Below are positions 17,009 to 28,300 of a stretch of DNA of 64,000 nucleotides, in pieces. Each line of letters begins with the position of its first letter. The first letter of the stretch is position 1. The DNA comes from Candidatus Latescibacterota bacterium (GTDB lineage: Bacteria; Latescibacterota; UBA2968): positions 928,001 through 992,000 of the forward strand of contig OZ240241.1 in assembly GCA_965198115.1 (NCBI GenBank), written 5' to 3'. The notes beneath the pieces are model-generated. The model was not told where the DNA came from. It searched no databases and was given only the letters and a program-made list of their open reading frames with translations. A program made the translations under genes and the position numbers.

Positions 17009-17988
17009 CCTTCCTGGCCTCGGTAAAGACGGGCGATGATTTCTTCGATGGGCGGGTTTTCCACGAAGAGATCTCGAACAGGGTGATGGGCCGTGACCCG
17101 GGCGATCAGGTCCGGTGTGGCGATCTGCTCGGGATCGTATCTGAGCGTGACACGATGGCCATCCTGCGAGACCACGGTGGCGTCCGGATCGGCGATCGTG
17201 TCACCCTCCACGGTGAGGTCGACGATCAGCCGCCGCTCGCGAGTCACACGATTCCGCAGGTCGGCGAGCGTGCCGTCGGACAGGATGCGACCTTCCCCGA
17301 TGACCATCACACGGGAGCAGAGGGCCTCGATGTCGTCCATATCGTGCGTGGTGAGGATCACGGTGACACCCTCCTCGCGGTTCAGTCGTTGGATGAAGTC
17401 ACGTACTGAGAGCTTGGCGACAGCATCGAGGCCAATTGTCGGTTCGTCCAGGAACAGAATGGAAGGACGGTGCAGCAGGGCCGCTGCCAGATCGCATCGC
17501 ATTCGCTGACCGAGGCTCAGTTGTCGCACCGGGACGTCGAGGAAAGGATCCAAGTCGAGCAGGTCGACCATCTGATCGCGGGTCTGACGATAGCTCCCGT
17601 CAGGGATTCGGTAGATGTCCTTCAGCAGATCGAAGGATTCGACGACGGGGAGGTCCCACCAGAGCTGCGTGCGCTGGCCGAAGACGACACCGATACGTGC
17701 GACGTGTTGCGTACGCTGGCGCCAGGGTGTCAGCCCCAGGATTTCGCAGCGCCCGGAATCGGGCACGAGGATACCCGAGATGACCTTGACCGTCGTTGAC
17801 TTACCGGCTCCGTTCGGACCTATGTAGCCGACGAGTTCACCGGGGTCGATGGAGAAGGAAATACGATCCAGGGCGGTGATGGTCCGGTATTTGCGATGGA
17901 CCACGCCCTTGAGGGCTCCCCAGATGCCGGCCTCTCGTTCGGCGATCTTGAAGGTTTTGACGAGTTCGTCTACGACGATCTGCGACAT
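17005..17988 (-). CDS. ABC transporter ATP-binding protein (COG4586-like)
   Basis: GPNGAGKST, FGQRTQLWWDLP, LSLGQRMR, LFLDEPTIGLD. Confidence 0.95.
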   Translation of the reverse strand: MSQIVVDELVKTFKIAEREAGIWGALKGVVHRKYRTITALDRISFSIDPGELVGYIGPNGAGKSTTVKVISGILVPDSGRCEILGLTPWRQRTQHVARIGVVFGQRTQLWWDLPVVESFDLLKDIYRIPDGSYRQTRDQMVDLLDLDPFLDVPVRQLSLGQRMRCDLAAALLHRPSILFLDEPTIGLDAVAKLSVRDFIQRLNREEGVTVILTTHDMDDIEALCSRVMVIGEGRILSDGTLADLRNRVTRERRLIVDLTVEGDTIADPDATVVSQDGHRVTLRYDPEQIATPDLIARVTAHHPVRDLFVENPPIEEIIARLYRGQEG

Positions 17989-18128
17989 AAGGCTCCGTCG
18001 ATGGATCCGCGACGTCCGGCGGGCGCTGTGAATGATGTATGACCGTGAACCTGGGAGTCGGGTTTCAGTCGAGACTGATCAAGCCTGGAGGCTATCGTGG
18101 GACGGGCGGGCGGATTGGAGGAGGGACG

Positions 18129-18440
18129 TCAGGGAGCGGAATCGGCGGGGGTGTCGTGTGGGGCGTCGGCCGGGATGTCGACGGTGACATTCTCGACGTC
18201 ACCCTTCACCTGTTTCTCTGCCTGCCTCCGCCGCTTCTTCCTTTCACGGAGGTAGACGGCTGGAATGCTGACGAGCAGGCTTGTCAGAACCCCTGCGGCG
18301 AACGTGATCATCAGCACCACGGCCAGTGAGCTCTCGGCCGAGAAACCGTAGATGTTGACTGTGACGGGAGTGGCATTCTGTATCGCGAACACGGCGGACA
18401 GGATCGCGATCACCAGGGCTAGAATCATGAAAATTCGCAT
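18129..18440 (-). CDS. LapA-domain (DUF1049) membrane protein
   Basis: VFAIQNATPVTVN..F...SLAVVLMITFAAGVL two-TM signature. Confidence 0.85.
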   Translation of the reverse strand: MRIFMILALVIAILSAVFAIQNATPVTVNIYGFSAESSLAVVLMITFAAGVLTSLLVSIPAVYLRERKKRRRQAEKQVKGDVENVTVDIPADAPHDTPADSAP

Positions 18441-18481
18441 AGAACGCTCTCTGGCCGCGCCTTCGGCCGTGAGCAGACTCA

Positions 18482-19477
18482 CTAATCGACGTATACGACG
18501 GTTTCGTTCTCGAGCGATTCGATCGCAGCGGCCAGAACCTTTTGCGCGGCGAGGCCTTCCGCACCCGAGCCTTCGATCTCGTCCGGTGGGACCCCTTCCT
18601 TCACCTGCTGAACGAACGTGTGGATGCGATCGACGAACGTATCCGTAAAGTCACGGAAGCCGCCCCCGAACGCGGGGTTCGTGTAGACGGTCTTCTCCAG
18701 GTTCCCTGCCGGATAGAGCGTGAGCTCTTGCCACATATCTTCCAGAACGAAACGTCCCCCGGTCCCGGCGACTTCACATCGTTCCATCGGATGGCCGCGT
18801 TCGATGTCGTAGCTGCCGGTAAGAGACCCGACAACGCCGTTCTTGAAACGAAAATTAAACTGCGCCGTCGACCAGATCTTACGTCCGGGCGCCTTCGTGG
18901 CGAAGCACTGAACGGCCTCGATGTCACCGCAGAAATGGCGCATCACGTCGACGGTGTGCGGATGCAGCGCTTTGAGCTGGAAGTAGGGAGACGATTCGTT
19001 CGGGTTCATGATCCACATACTCATATTAATGAAGAGCAAGTGGCCGAGCCGCCCGTCATCCACCCACTGTTTGGCCAAACGCGCTGCGGGCGTGAAGCGG
19101 TGGTTGAGATCGATTCCGAAGCAGAGGTTCAGCTCTTTCGCCTTGGCGACCATCTCCTCGGCGAAGCGGATCTCGTTGGAAATAGGCTTTTCGCAAAGCA
19201 CGTGACAGCCGGCATCGAGTGCCTGCATCGTGGGTTCGTAGTGGTCGCTCCCGTACTCGTGGCCTCCCGTCGCGACGCTGCAGATGTCCGGGGCCATCTC
19301 TTTGAGCATAGACTGGGCGTTGTAGAAAGCGGGGATCCCCAGTCTTTCAGACGTCGCGTTGGCCCGCGACTCGTCTTTGTCACAAACGCCAACGAGTTCG
19401 GCGAGATCGTCTTCCGCGTAGACATCCGCGTGACGGTTTCCGATGGGGCCCAGACCGATGATGCAGACGCGCTTCAC
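18482..19477 (-). CDS. Gfo/Idh/MocA oxidoreductase
   Basis: IIGLGPIGNRH, VLCEKP, NHRF. Confidence 0.95.
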   Translation of the reverse strand: MKRVCIIGLGPIGNRHADVYAEDDLAELVGVCDKDESRANATSERLGIPAFYNAQSMLKEMAPDICSVATGGHEYGSDHYEPTMQALDAGCHVLCEKPISNEIRFAEEMVAKAKELNLCFGIDLNHRFTPAARLAKQWVDDGRLGHLLFINMSMWIMNPNESSPYFQLKALHPHTVDVMRHFCGDIEAVQCFATKAPGRKIWSTAQFNFRFKNGVVGSLTGSYDIERGHPMERCEVAGTGGRFVLEDMWQELTLYPAGNLEKTVYTNPAFGGGFRDFTDTFVDRIHTFVQQVKEGVPPDEIEGSGAEGLAAQKVLAAAIESLENETVVYVD

Positions 19478-19479
19478 GA

Positions 19480-20502
19480 TCAGGTTGCAGGCACGTCGAC
19501 GACCGTGCCGGTGTGCCAGGATTCGATGGCTGCCTCGATAACGAGTTGGGCCTTTAGCGCTTCTTCACCTGAGCCCTCGATTTGGGCGGGGTCGTCCCCG
19601 TCGAGATTTTGCTGGATCCATCTCCCGATGCGACTCTGGAAGGTTTCGCCGAAGGCCATCATACCGCCGATGTAATCGTAGGTTTCGGTCTCGCGAGATC
19701 GTCGAGGGTGGAAGTGGAGGTGTTCGCAGGCTTCTTCGAGGATGAAGCGTGCGTCGGATCCGACGACTTCGAGTTTCTCCAGACCGTAGGATCCACCCGG
19801 TCCGGTGGCGTCGTAGCTGCCGGTCAGGTTGCCGACGATCCCGTTGGAAAAGAGCATTCCGACCTGGGCGTTCGACCAGCAGTGACGTCGATTTCCTTCA
19901 TTGTCGATGCCGCGTTTCATGAATGCGTGGACTTTCGCGACGTCGCCGCAGAAATACCGCATTACGTCGATCGAATGGGGGTGGAGGGCACGCAGGTGAA
20001 AGTGTTCTGAGGACTCTTTCCGGTTGTTGATCCACATTGTCATATTGATAATGTTGATCTCACCCAGCCGGCCGGATTCGACCCACTCTTTTGCCCGGGC
20101 GGCGGCGGGTGTGAATCTGTGGTTCAGGTCGATGCCGTAACGCAGGCCCTGTTCTCGAGCCAGCGCGACCATCGCGTGCGCTTCGTCCACGTTGTTCGAG
20201 ATCGGTTTTTCCCCCAGCACGTGGATACCGGCGCCGAGCAGTTCCATCGTCGGCTTATAGTGATCGCCACCGTTTTCGACACCTGCCGACGCGACACTGG
20301 CGATATCGATCGATAGATCGCTCTCCAGCAGTTCCTGAACAGAGTAGAATGGTTTGGCTTCGTAGGCGCCGGCGGCCTTGTCGGCGCGCTCTTCGATCAG
20401 GTCACAAACGGCGACGACGTCACAGTCGTCGTGGTCGTGATAGATCGACGCGTGTCGATTTCCGATCCCACCGAGACCGACGACGGCGACTTTCAATGAC
20501 AT
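19480..20502 (-). CDS. Gfo/Idh/MocA oxidoreductase, paralog of the neighbouring gene
   Basis: VVGLGGIGNRH, VLGEKP, GIDLNHRFTPAA, ALHPHS. Confidence 0.95.
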   Translation of the reverse strand: MSLKVAVVGLGGIGNRHASIYHDHDDCDVVAVCDLIEERADKAAGAYEAKPFYSVQELLESDLSIDIASVASAGVENGGDHYKPTMELLGAGIHVLGEKPISNNVDEAHAMVALAREQGLRYGIDLNHRFTPAAARAKEWVESGRLGEINIINMTMWINNRKESSEHFHLRALHPHSIDVMRYFCGDVAKVHAFMKRGIDNEGNRRHCWSNAQVGMLFSNGIVGNLTGSYDATGPGGSYGLEKLEVVGSDARFILEEACEHLHFHPRRSRETETYDYIGGMMAFGETFQSRIGRWIQQNLDGDDPAQIEGSGEEALKAQLVIEAAIESWHTGTVVDVPAT

Positions 20503-20522
20503 TGGACGACTCCGGACGTTGT

Positions 20523-21317
20523 TTAAGCGAAGAGGGGTTCGAAGGCGTCGTGGGAACGCTGAACGACGGGGTCGATTTCGTCGACCGCCATCTCCTTCGT
20601 CCCGACGATTTCGAGGACGGCGTATGTGACGCGTGGTGCCGTTTTAAGCTTGGATGCGAGGGCGTCGAGGTTCAGATCGCCCTCGCCGGCAACCTGTTGC
20701 GCGACCGGGCAGATGTTCAGCTGACGCGTCTTGACGTCACGGATTCGAATGGAGAACATATGTTCCAGAAGGGGGTCGAGCGTTTCCTCGGGGATCTCTT
20801 CCTGGGGCGTGCGCCAAATGTGAGTAGGGTCGTAGTTGATGCCGATCCAGTCCGAGTCGACATCGGTCATCATCCTCAGGGCGGTCTCGGTGTTGTAGAC
20901 GGCGTTTCTGACGTGGGGTTTGATGCTGACCCGAACCGATCGGGATGCTGCCTCCGGAGCGATGCCGTTGAGCTTCTCGATGACTTCGCCGTAGGTGACT
21001 TCGTCGTCCGATTTCCCCCCGGCGCCGGTCGTGATGACGGGTGCACCCACGGCGGCCGCAGCGTCCAGGGCCCGTAGAAATCGGTCACGGTCGCCGAAAT
21101 TGCCACTTCCCCCGATCGACTCGATCGCCAGTCCCCGTTCTGCCACGGAGGTGGCGATGTCATCGTAATAAGTAGCGTCCTGGTCGAGCTGGAGATGGGG
21201 GGCCGCACCTGAGATCGCACAAAGTTCGATCGCCGAATAGCCGGCCTTGGCGATCCGGTCGAGCGCCAGGGCAAGATCCTGTCCCCCGTAGAGAATCGTG
21301 CTACAACCCAGTTGCAT
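20523..21317 (-). CDS. Sugar phosphate isomerase/epimerase (xylose isomerase-like TIM barrel)
   Basis: AGYSAIEL, INYDPTH, IRIRD, GEGDLN, LEI; start at MQLGCST after AGGAG. Confidence 0.85.
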   Translation of the reverse strand: MQLGCSTILYGGQDLALALDRIAKAGYSAIELCAISGAAPHLQLDQDATYYDDIATSVAERGLAIESIGGSGNFGDRDRFLRALDAAAAVGAPVITTGAGGKSDDEVTYGEVIEKLNGIAPEAASRSVRVSIKPHVRNAVYNTETALRMMTDVDSDWIGINYDPTHIWRTPQEEIPEETLDPLLEHMFSIRIRDVKTRQLNICPVAQQVAGEGDLNLDALASKLKTAPRVTYAVLEIVGTKEMAVDEIDPVVQRSHDAFEPLFA

Positions 21318-21362
21318 CGTCGCTTTTGCTCCTTTTAGATGGGGCCGCCTGAAAGCGGCCAA

Positions 21363-21391
21363 TGTATACCGGTCACCAAATGGGTTGTCAA
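21363..21391 (-). promoter_or_regulatory. Putative sigma-70 promoter of the isomerase-Gfo operon
   Basis: Minus strand TTGACA-17 bp-TATACA. Confidence 0.5.
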
Positions 21392-23172
21392 GACGAAAGC
21401 CCTGTTCGAACGGGGTACACGAAAAAAGCACTCGATTCCGAGTGCTTGGATCGAGCGACCGGGATAGACGTCTACTTTTGAAGCTCTTTGAGTAGCTCCT
21501 TCGTCGCTTCTTTCCGGATCGATTCTGTGGCCTGCTGTTTGATTTGATCGATGTCCACCTGACTCGCATACCATCGCATCACGGCCATAAAGCTCGCGAC
21601 GACGACGCAGGCGACGAAGAGACTGCCGAAAAGCAGGACGTTGCGTCGCGTAAGTCTTCTACGACGCGGCGGTCGATGCATTTCGCGATGACGCTCCCCG
21701 CGCCTGTGTGTTTGGCCATCCGATCGACCTGAGCTACCGACCATCGCGTCGGAAAACCCCGGGTCCGAGGGAGACGGAGGGGGAGAAGCTGGTGGAGGTG
21801 CTGTTCGAGGTGGCTCGGGGGCTTGCGGCGTTTCGGCGACTTTTGGTGGCTCGGGTGTGTAGGATGGGGTTGTTGGTTGGGTCGTCTTCGGGTCTTGAGG
21901 AACCGCCGTCGCCGGGGGCGGTTCTGTGGAGGCATCTTTGTCGTGCCGCTGGAGCGCACTGAGTACGTCGGAGGTGTCGTTGCCTCCGGGTGATGCCGGT
22001 GGAGAAGGTGCCGCCGGTGGGGGTGGACCCGAGCCGACTTTGCTGAGCGCGGCGAGCACGTCGGCTTCATCGCCCTTGACGGCGGGACCTGCGTCTCGGA
22101 CGGTCCGTCGGTCGTTTCGGTCGACGTTAGGAAGTCCGTCATCGACGTCGTATCGGTACCAGAGGATGCCGTCGGGGCAGCGGCATCCTCGGACGACGAG
22201 GGCTCCGAAGGCGGCCCGATCACTCGTTCCACGTGGGCGAGGATGTCAGCCGCCCTGAAAGGCTTCTGAACGAAGGCCTCGACATCCAGCTTCTTCAGAT
22301 CGTCCGAGACCTCGTCGGTAATGAATCCAGAAACGATGATGACGGGAATCTGCACGCCCTCTTTTCTCATGAATTCCAGGAGGGACGGCCCGTCGATCGT
22401 CGGCATTTTGAGGTCGAGGAGAATCAGGGACGGGTTCTGGGTCCCGATCGCGTCGACCGCATCGGTCCATTTAACGGCACCGATGGGACGATAACTCGCG
22501 GCCTCGAGGATGTCCTTGAGGAGGTCGACGATGCTGGGCTCATTGCATGGTTTCATAAACATTATTACGTATGTCTTGAACATTATTTGTAGCTTATGTT
22601 CTCCTTCAAAAGGAGGAGAACAATGCCAAGACGTTCGCCTTATGTGGTGTTACTGTCTGAGAAGGAACGGGTCGACCTCGAGCGAATGGCTGGACAATAT
22701 ACGTTACCGTATTATCAAGTGATCCGATCGAAAATCGTGCTTCTCGCCGCCGAGGGATTATCCAACAAGATTATCGCCCAACGGTTGGATGTCCCGCGTC
22801 CGATCGTAAGCAAATGGCGTAAGCGCTTTTTCGAAGAGCGTCTTTCGGGACTCGAAGATAGATCTCGTCCCGGGCGCCCGCCCGGTTTTCCCCCCTCAGG
22901 TGGTCGTTCAGATCAAGGCGCTGGCGTGTGAACTACCGAGCGAGAGCGGGATACCGCTCTCGCGGTTCAGCTGTTCCGAGATTGCCGCCGAGGCAGTGCA
23001 AAGGGGCTTCGTTGCCAAGATCAGCGGCGCCACTGTCTGGCGCTGGTTGAACGAGGACGCGATTCGTCCTTGGTATCATCGCTCCTGGATTTTCCCACGG
23101 GACCCGGACTTCCAAACCAAAGCAGGTAGAGTCCTTGATCTGTATCACCACCAATGGCAAGGAAAGCCTTTA

Positions 23173-24466
23173 GGGTTCGCGAATAAATAAACGGTCGATC
23201 TCAATGTTGAGCCATTGGCCGGATCGTGTAGTTCCAGTCGCCGTGGAAATCGTGCGGAGTGAGATCGATTTGGGTCATCTGTTCATCGGTCACCTTGACC
23301 CCGTTAGGGTAGGGTCGCTTGTCGATCTCGGAGCGTACTCGGAGACCGGCTTGAGTGGTCGTTCCGGCAATGAGATTCACGGTTGCAGCCAGGCTGACCA
23401 GGGGCTTGCCTCGCCAGTTCATAGCGATGAAGGAGAACAGGCGATGTTCGATCTTGTTCCACTTACTAGTGCCAGGAGGGTAGTGGCATACGGTGATCGT
23501 CAGGCCAGTGCGATTCGCAAAGCGCTGCAGCTCCCACTTCCACAGCCGCGTCTTGGCGCCGTTGCTGCCGCCTGCGTCCGCCGTGATTAGCAGATGCGTC
23601 GAAGTGCCGTAGGCGGGCCGTCCCATGTTCTTCCACCAACTTCGGATCGCATTCACGGCGAAGCTGGCCGTGTCGTGATCGATACCGACACTTACCCAGC
23701 CTTCATCACGGCTCAGATCATACACTCCATAAGGGATCGCCTTGCCCTGAGCAGGCACTATGAAATCGTGTACCTTCACACGCTCCGGGTCTCCCTTGGG
23801 TCGCCATTCTCGGCCAGGATTCTTGAAGTCGCCGATCAACTCTTTCTTCTTGGTGTCCACCGAGATAACGGGAAGGCCCTGCTGCTGCTGCTGGCTAATC
23901 CGATCATCGAGGTAAACGAACTGAGCGTCCCGATCCGGGTGTGCAGATCCCTCCCTTGTCTTCCGATTCGCCTGCAGCGTGTAATCGTGTTCGTGCAGGA
24001 GATTGGCAACGATCCTGGGGCTCACCGAATGCCCCATCGCTTGCAACTCGGCGGCCAGTTTGCGAGTGCTCTTCGATGTCCATCTCAGAGGATTGTCGTC
24101 AGGCGACCCCGCAGTCGTTGGCTCGACCAGATCATTCAGGTCCTGCCACAGCGTCGGGTCCGTGTCGGCCTTCCGCTTACGACCGCCGCCTGGACGCCGG
24201 ATGCGAGCCGGGTCCAAAGGTTCGTCCGACCTCAACTCCTGAATGCCACGAAAGATCCGCTCTCTGGACATTCCTGTCGCCAGAGCCACAATCGCGATCC
24301 CACCGTGACCCAACGCTTCGGCTTCCGTGGCGGCCCACAGACGACGCGTGCGTTCCGTCAGCACCGGAGCCAAGGCTTCATACTTCGTTCGGAGAGTTTC
24401 GACGTCCACACTCCGAGCGTAAGATCATTACCTTGAAAAGTGCAGCACTTATTTCGTGGCAAACCC
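23173..24466 (-). mobile_element. ISAzo13-family insertion sequence, 1294 bp
   Basis: 18-bp IRs GGGTTCGCGAATAAATAA / GGGTTTGCCACGAAATAA (14/18); TTA duplication at 23170-23172 and 24467-24469. Confidence 0.92.
23201..24409 (-). CDS. ISAzo13-family transposase (intact ORF)
   Basis: RRPGGGRK, LRWTSKS, HPDRDAQF, ISVDTKKKE, ADAGGSNG, PPGTSKWNKIEHRLFS. Confidence 0.95.
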   Translation of the reverse strand: MDVETLRTKYEALAPVLTERTRRLWAATEAEALGHGGIAIVALATGMSRERIFRGIQELRSDEPLDPARIRRPGGGRKRKADTDPTLWQDLNDLVEPTTAGSPDDNPLRWTSKSTRKLAAELQAMGHSVSPRIVANLLHEHDYTLQANRKTREGSAHPDRDAQFVYLDDRISQQQQQGLPVISVDTKKKELIGDFKNPGREWRPKGDPERVKVHDFIVPAQGKAIPYGVYDLSRDEGWVSVGIDHDTASFAVNAIRSWWKNMGRPAYGTSTHLLITADAGGSNGAKTRLWKWELQRFANRTGLTITVCHYPPGTSKWNKIEHRLFSFIAMNWRGKPLVSLAATVNLIAGTTTQAGLRVRSEIDKRPYPNGVKVTDEQMTQIDLTPHDFHGDWNYTIRPMAQH

Positions 24467-25384
24467 TTAGGGCCGAGGGAATATGTACTTTCTGCCGACG
24501 AAAAGACCAGTATTCAAGCACGAGCTCGCAAGCACGTTACCCTACCGCCAGCCTCGAACAGAGCGGCACGCGTTGAAACACGAATACGAGCGGAAAGGAG
24601 CCCTGGCCTATCTGGCTGCTCTCGACGTGCACAATGGTCGAATCTTCGGTCTCTGTGAGTCTTCTTCGGGTATCGAGCCCTTCAACCGGCTCCTGAGCCT
24701 GATCATGAGCCGGAAACCCTATTGCTCGGCAAAGAAAGTCTACCTCATCGTGGATAATGGCTCCTCGCACCGAGGGCAAACATGCATCGACCGTATCCAG
24801 GGGAAGTGGCCAAACATCCACCCCGTTCACCTTCCGATCCACGCAAGCTGGCTCAATCAGATCGAGATCTACTTCTCGATCCTCAAACGCAAGGCTCTGA
24901 CACCTATCGAATTTGCATCGCTCGAAGAGCTTGAGGCAAGAATCCTCGGTTTTCAGGAACGCTACGGACGTATCGCCACACCCTTCAAATGGAAGTTCAC
25001 ACGAACAGATCTCGCGGAGATGATCGACAAACTCAGGTTCTACGATACGCCCTTGGCAAAGTCTGCTTAGAATACGTCACCGTATTTGCGAACAGGAGTA
25101 CTCATCGTCGATGATGAGCACCGTTTTGGGGGTTGCTGAAACGGCCATTCAGTCTAAAGAGTAAGGGGCAGTGAAGTGACGCCTTGAATACTAATGCAAT
25201 CGTATGGGCACGACAACACGAAAGGTGCAAGCGGCAACCTGCTTTTGTGGGACGATTCCGGACTGTCCTTGCCCGGTGCACGTATGGATACTATATTGCG
25301 GATGTCTGAGGCTCGTCAGGTCAGATCCCCACGCCATGATTCCGTCCTCATATGTTCCTTGTAAGAACTGGACCAAAGCGTTTT

Positions 25385-28300
25385 ATGGAAATTAGAGACA
25401 TCGTCGTAAAGGGTGCGCGCGTCCACAATCTCGTCGGTGTCGACGTGACGCTACCCGATCGGGAACTCATCTGCTTCACGGGCGTGTCGGGATCGGGCAA
25501 GTCTTCTCTGGCGTTCGACACCATCTACGCAGAAGGGCAACGACGATACGTCGAATCCCTGTCGGCCTACGCGCGTCAGTTCCTGGGACAGTTGGAGAAG
25601 CCCGATGTCGATCAGATTACGGGTTTGTCGCCGACTATCTCCATCGAGCAAAAGTCGGCCGGCCGGAACCCGCGATCGACCGTCGGGACGATCACGGAAG
25701 TCTACGATTACCTTCGCGTCCTGTACGCACGCGTAGGGTCTCCCCACTGCGCCTCCTGTGGGGAACCGATCGGGTCCCAAACGCGGGACGGCATCGTCGA
25801 TCGGATTCTGGACAGCTACGATGGTGAGCGGGTTCTGGTTCTGGCGCCCCTCGTAGAGGGCCGCAAGGGCGAATATCAGGATCTGTTCGAAGACCTCCAA
25901 CGTCAGGGCTACATCCGTGCCCGCGTCGACGGCAAGGTCGTATTGCTCACGGAGGTCCCCGCTTTAGAACGACACATTCGACACGATGTGGATGTCGTGG
26001 TCGACCGTCTGTCGATCAAGCCCGACGTTCGGGCCCGCTTGGGGGAGGCAGTGGATGGCGCGACACGGTTGAGCGGTGGAACGCTCGTGATTCAGGCCCA
26101 CGGCAGGGGCGACCTTCTTCTGAGTGTCTCCTACTCGTGTCCGTCGTGCGGACAGAGCGCGTCCCCGCCGACGCCGCAACTGTTCTCGTTCAACAGCCCC
26201 CAGGGTATGTGCCCGACGTGCCGCGGTTTGGGGACCCACGTTCGAATGGATGAATCTCTGGTCGTGCCCGACGCCAGACTGTCGGTCGTCGAAGGCGCGA
26301 TCGGCCCGCTCGGAATACCTCGAAATCGATGGAAAATGCACTACTACGAGGGTGTCCTCGGTCGTCACGGCGCCGACCCCACCACTCCGTGGGCAAAGAT
26401 CCCGCCACGGGCCCGACGCGAGTTGCTCTATGGTGTAAAGGGATCGATCGAGCTGGCGTGGAAACGTCGCAACGGATCGATCTATCGTCATCGGGGTCGC
26501 TTCGAGGGGATTCTGCCCCCGCTCGAACGGCGATACGCTGAATCGGCGTCTCCGGCCGTACGTAAAAAGCTCGAGTCCTTCATGCTCGAGGGGCCCTGCG
26601 CTGATTGCGAAGGGTCGCGTCTCAGGGCCGAAGCCCGAAGCGTCCTGGTCGGAGGGCGGTCTCTGCCCGAAGTAACCGAAATGGCGATCGATGAAGCCCG
26701 CGCCTACTTCGACGCCCTTGTGCTGGGCGAAAAGGAGGCGGCCATCGCCGAGGACGCCCTTAAGGAGATCGGCGCGCGTCTGACTTTTCTCCTCGATGTC
26801 GGTCTCGACTATCTGTCGCTCAGCCGAACGGCACCAACACTGTCGGGGGGCGAGGCCCAGCGGATCCGCCTGGCCAGTCAGATCGGAAGCGGGCTCGTCG
26901 GCGTCACCTACGTCCTGGACGAGCCTTCGATCGGATTGCATCACCGGGACAACGGTCGTTTGCTCGACGCTCTCTGTCACCTGAGAGACGCGGGGAATCG
27001 CGTCGTCATTGTCGAGCACGACGAGGATACGATGCGTCGAGCCGACCGGGTCTTCGATTTCGGACCGGGCCCGGGGCATCTGGGCGGCGAGGTCGTGGCC
27101 GAGGGCGGATGGCGCAAGATCGCGAAGACCCCAACCTCGGTGACAGGCGCCTACCTGAGCGGACGGCGCAGGATCGAGGTACCGGAGACGCGGAGGACGT
27201 CCGAACAGAGCGTGACGATCCTGGGCGCCAATCAGAACAACCTCAAGAACGTGACCGTCGGGATTCCGACCGGCGTATTCACGTGTGTGACGGGGGTGTC
27301 GGGCTCGGGCAAGAGTTCCCTCATCAACGACGTGCTATATCGCGCACTAGCCCGCGATCTCAACGGCGCCGAGTCGAGGCCCGGTGAGCATCGCCGGATC
27401 GATGGCGTCGACCGGCTCGACAAAGTGATCGAGATCGACCAGCAGCCGATCGGTCGCACGCCCCGCAGCAATCCCGCGACGTATACCGGCGCCTTCAGTC
27501 CGATCCGAGCGCTGTTTTCCGAACTGCCGGAGTCCCGCGTGAGGGGCTACAAGCCCGGAAGGTTCAGCTTCAACGTCAAGGGAGGGCGGTGCGAGGCCTG
27601 CCAGGGGAATGGCGCCAACCTGGTCGAGATGGATTTCTTGGCCGATGTCTGGGTTTCCTGCCCCGTGTGCGAAGGCCGGCGGTTTCGACGCGAGACGCTC
27701 GACGTCCGGTTCAAGGACCACTCGATCGCCGACGTGCTGGAAATGGAGGTCGAAGAGGCCTGCGCCCTGTTTCGCGACATTCCTCCGATCCACCGCGTGT
27801 TGAGCGTCCTCGTCGATGTGGGAATGGGCTACGTGAAACTCGGACAGCCGGCGCCGACGCTGTCGGGCGGCGAGGCGCAACGCATCAAGCTCGCCAAGGA
27901 GCTATGCCGGGCGAGCACGGGGAAGACGCTTTACATCCTGGACGAACCGACAACCGGTCTGCACTTCGCCGATGTGCAGAATCTTCTCAACGTGCTCAAT
28001 CGTCTGGTCGACCTGGGGAATACGGTCGTCGTGATCGAGCACAACACCGACGTCATCAAGATGGCCGACTGGGTGATCGATCTCGGACCCGAAGGTGGAG
28101 AAGAGGGGGGCAGCGTCGTGGCGGTGGGGCCACCCGAGGTCGTGGTCCAAACCGAGGGGTCTCACACGGGGGCTGCGCTCAAGCGTGCGCTGACGCCGGG
28201 AGCGGTCAGTCCGAACGGGCGAACGGGGCGGCGGAAGAAAGCAAAAGGCTTGAGCGACATCGAGGTCTTCGGAGCGCGCGAAAACAACCTCCGCGAGGTC

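Larger units (their letters stand above)
22623..25070 (+). pseudogene. IS630 transposase (HTH ORF + DDE ORF joined at TTTTCCCCCC), disrupted by ISAzo13
   Basis: VSKWRKRFFEERLSGLEDRSRPGRP; SADEKTSIQA; IVDNGSSH; LPIHASWLNQIEIYFS. Confidence 0.9.
22544..25100 (+). mobile_element. IS630-family insertion sequence (~1.26 kb net) carrying a nested ISAzo13
   Basis: Imperfect terminal IRs (TGCATGGTTTCATAAACATTATTACGTAT / rc TACTCCTGTTCGCAAATACGGTGACGTAT); CTCAT direct repeat at 22539-22543 and 25101-25105. Confidence 0.85.
21472..25148 (-). pseudogene. Response regulator (receiver + Pro/Thr/Ser-rich linker + C-terminal TM) interrupted by IS630; additional frameshift near 22090
   Basis: MAVSATPKTVLIIDDE (25148..25101) joins PSIVDLLKDILEA...LLDLKMPTIDG...IIVSG...FVQKPF (from 22538 down) once the IS is removed. 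Confidence 0.85.
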
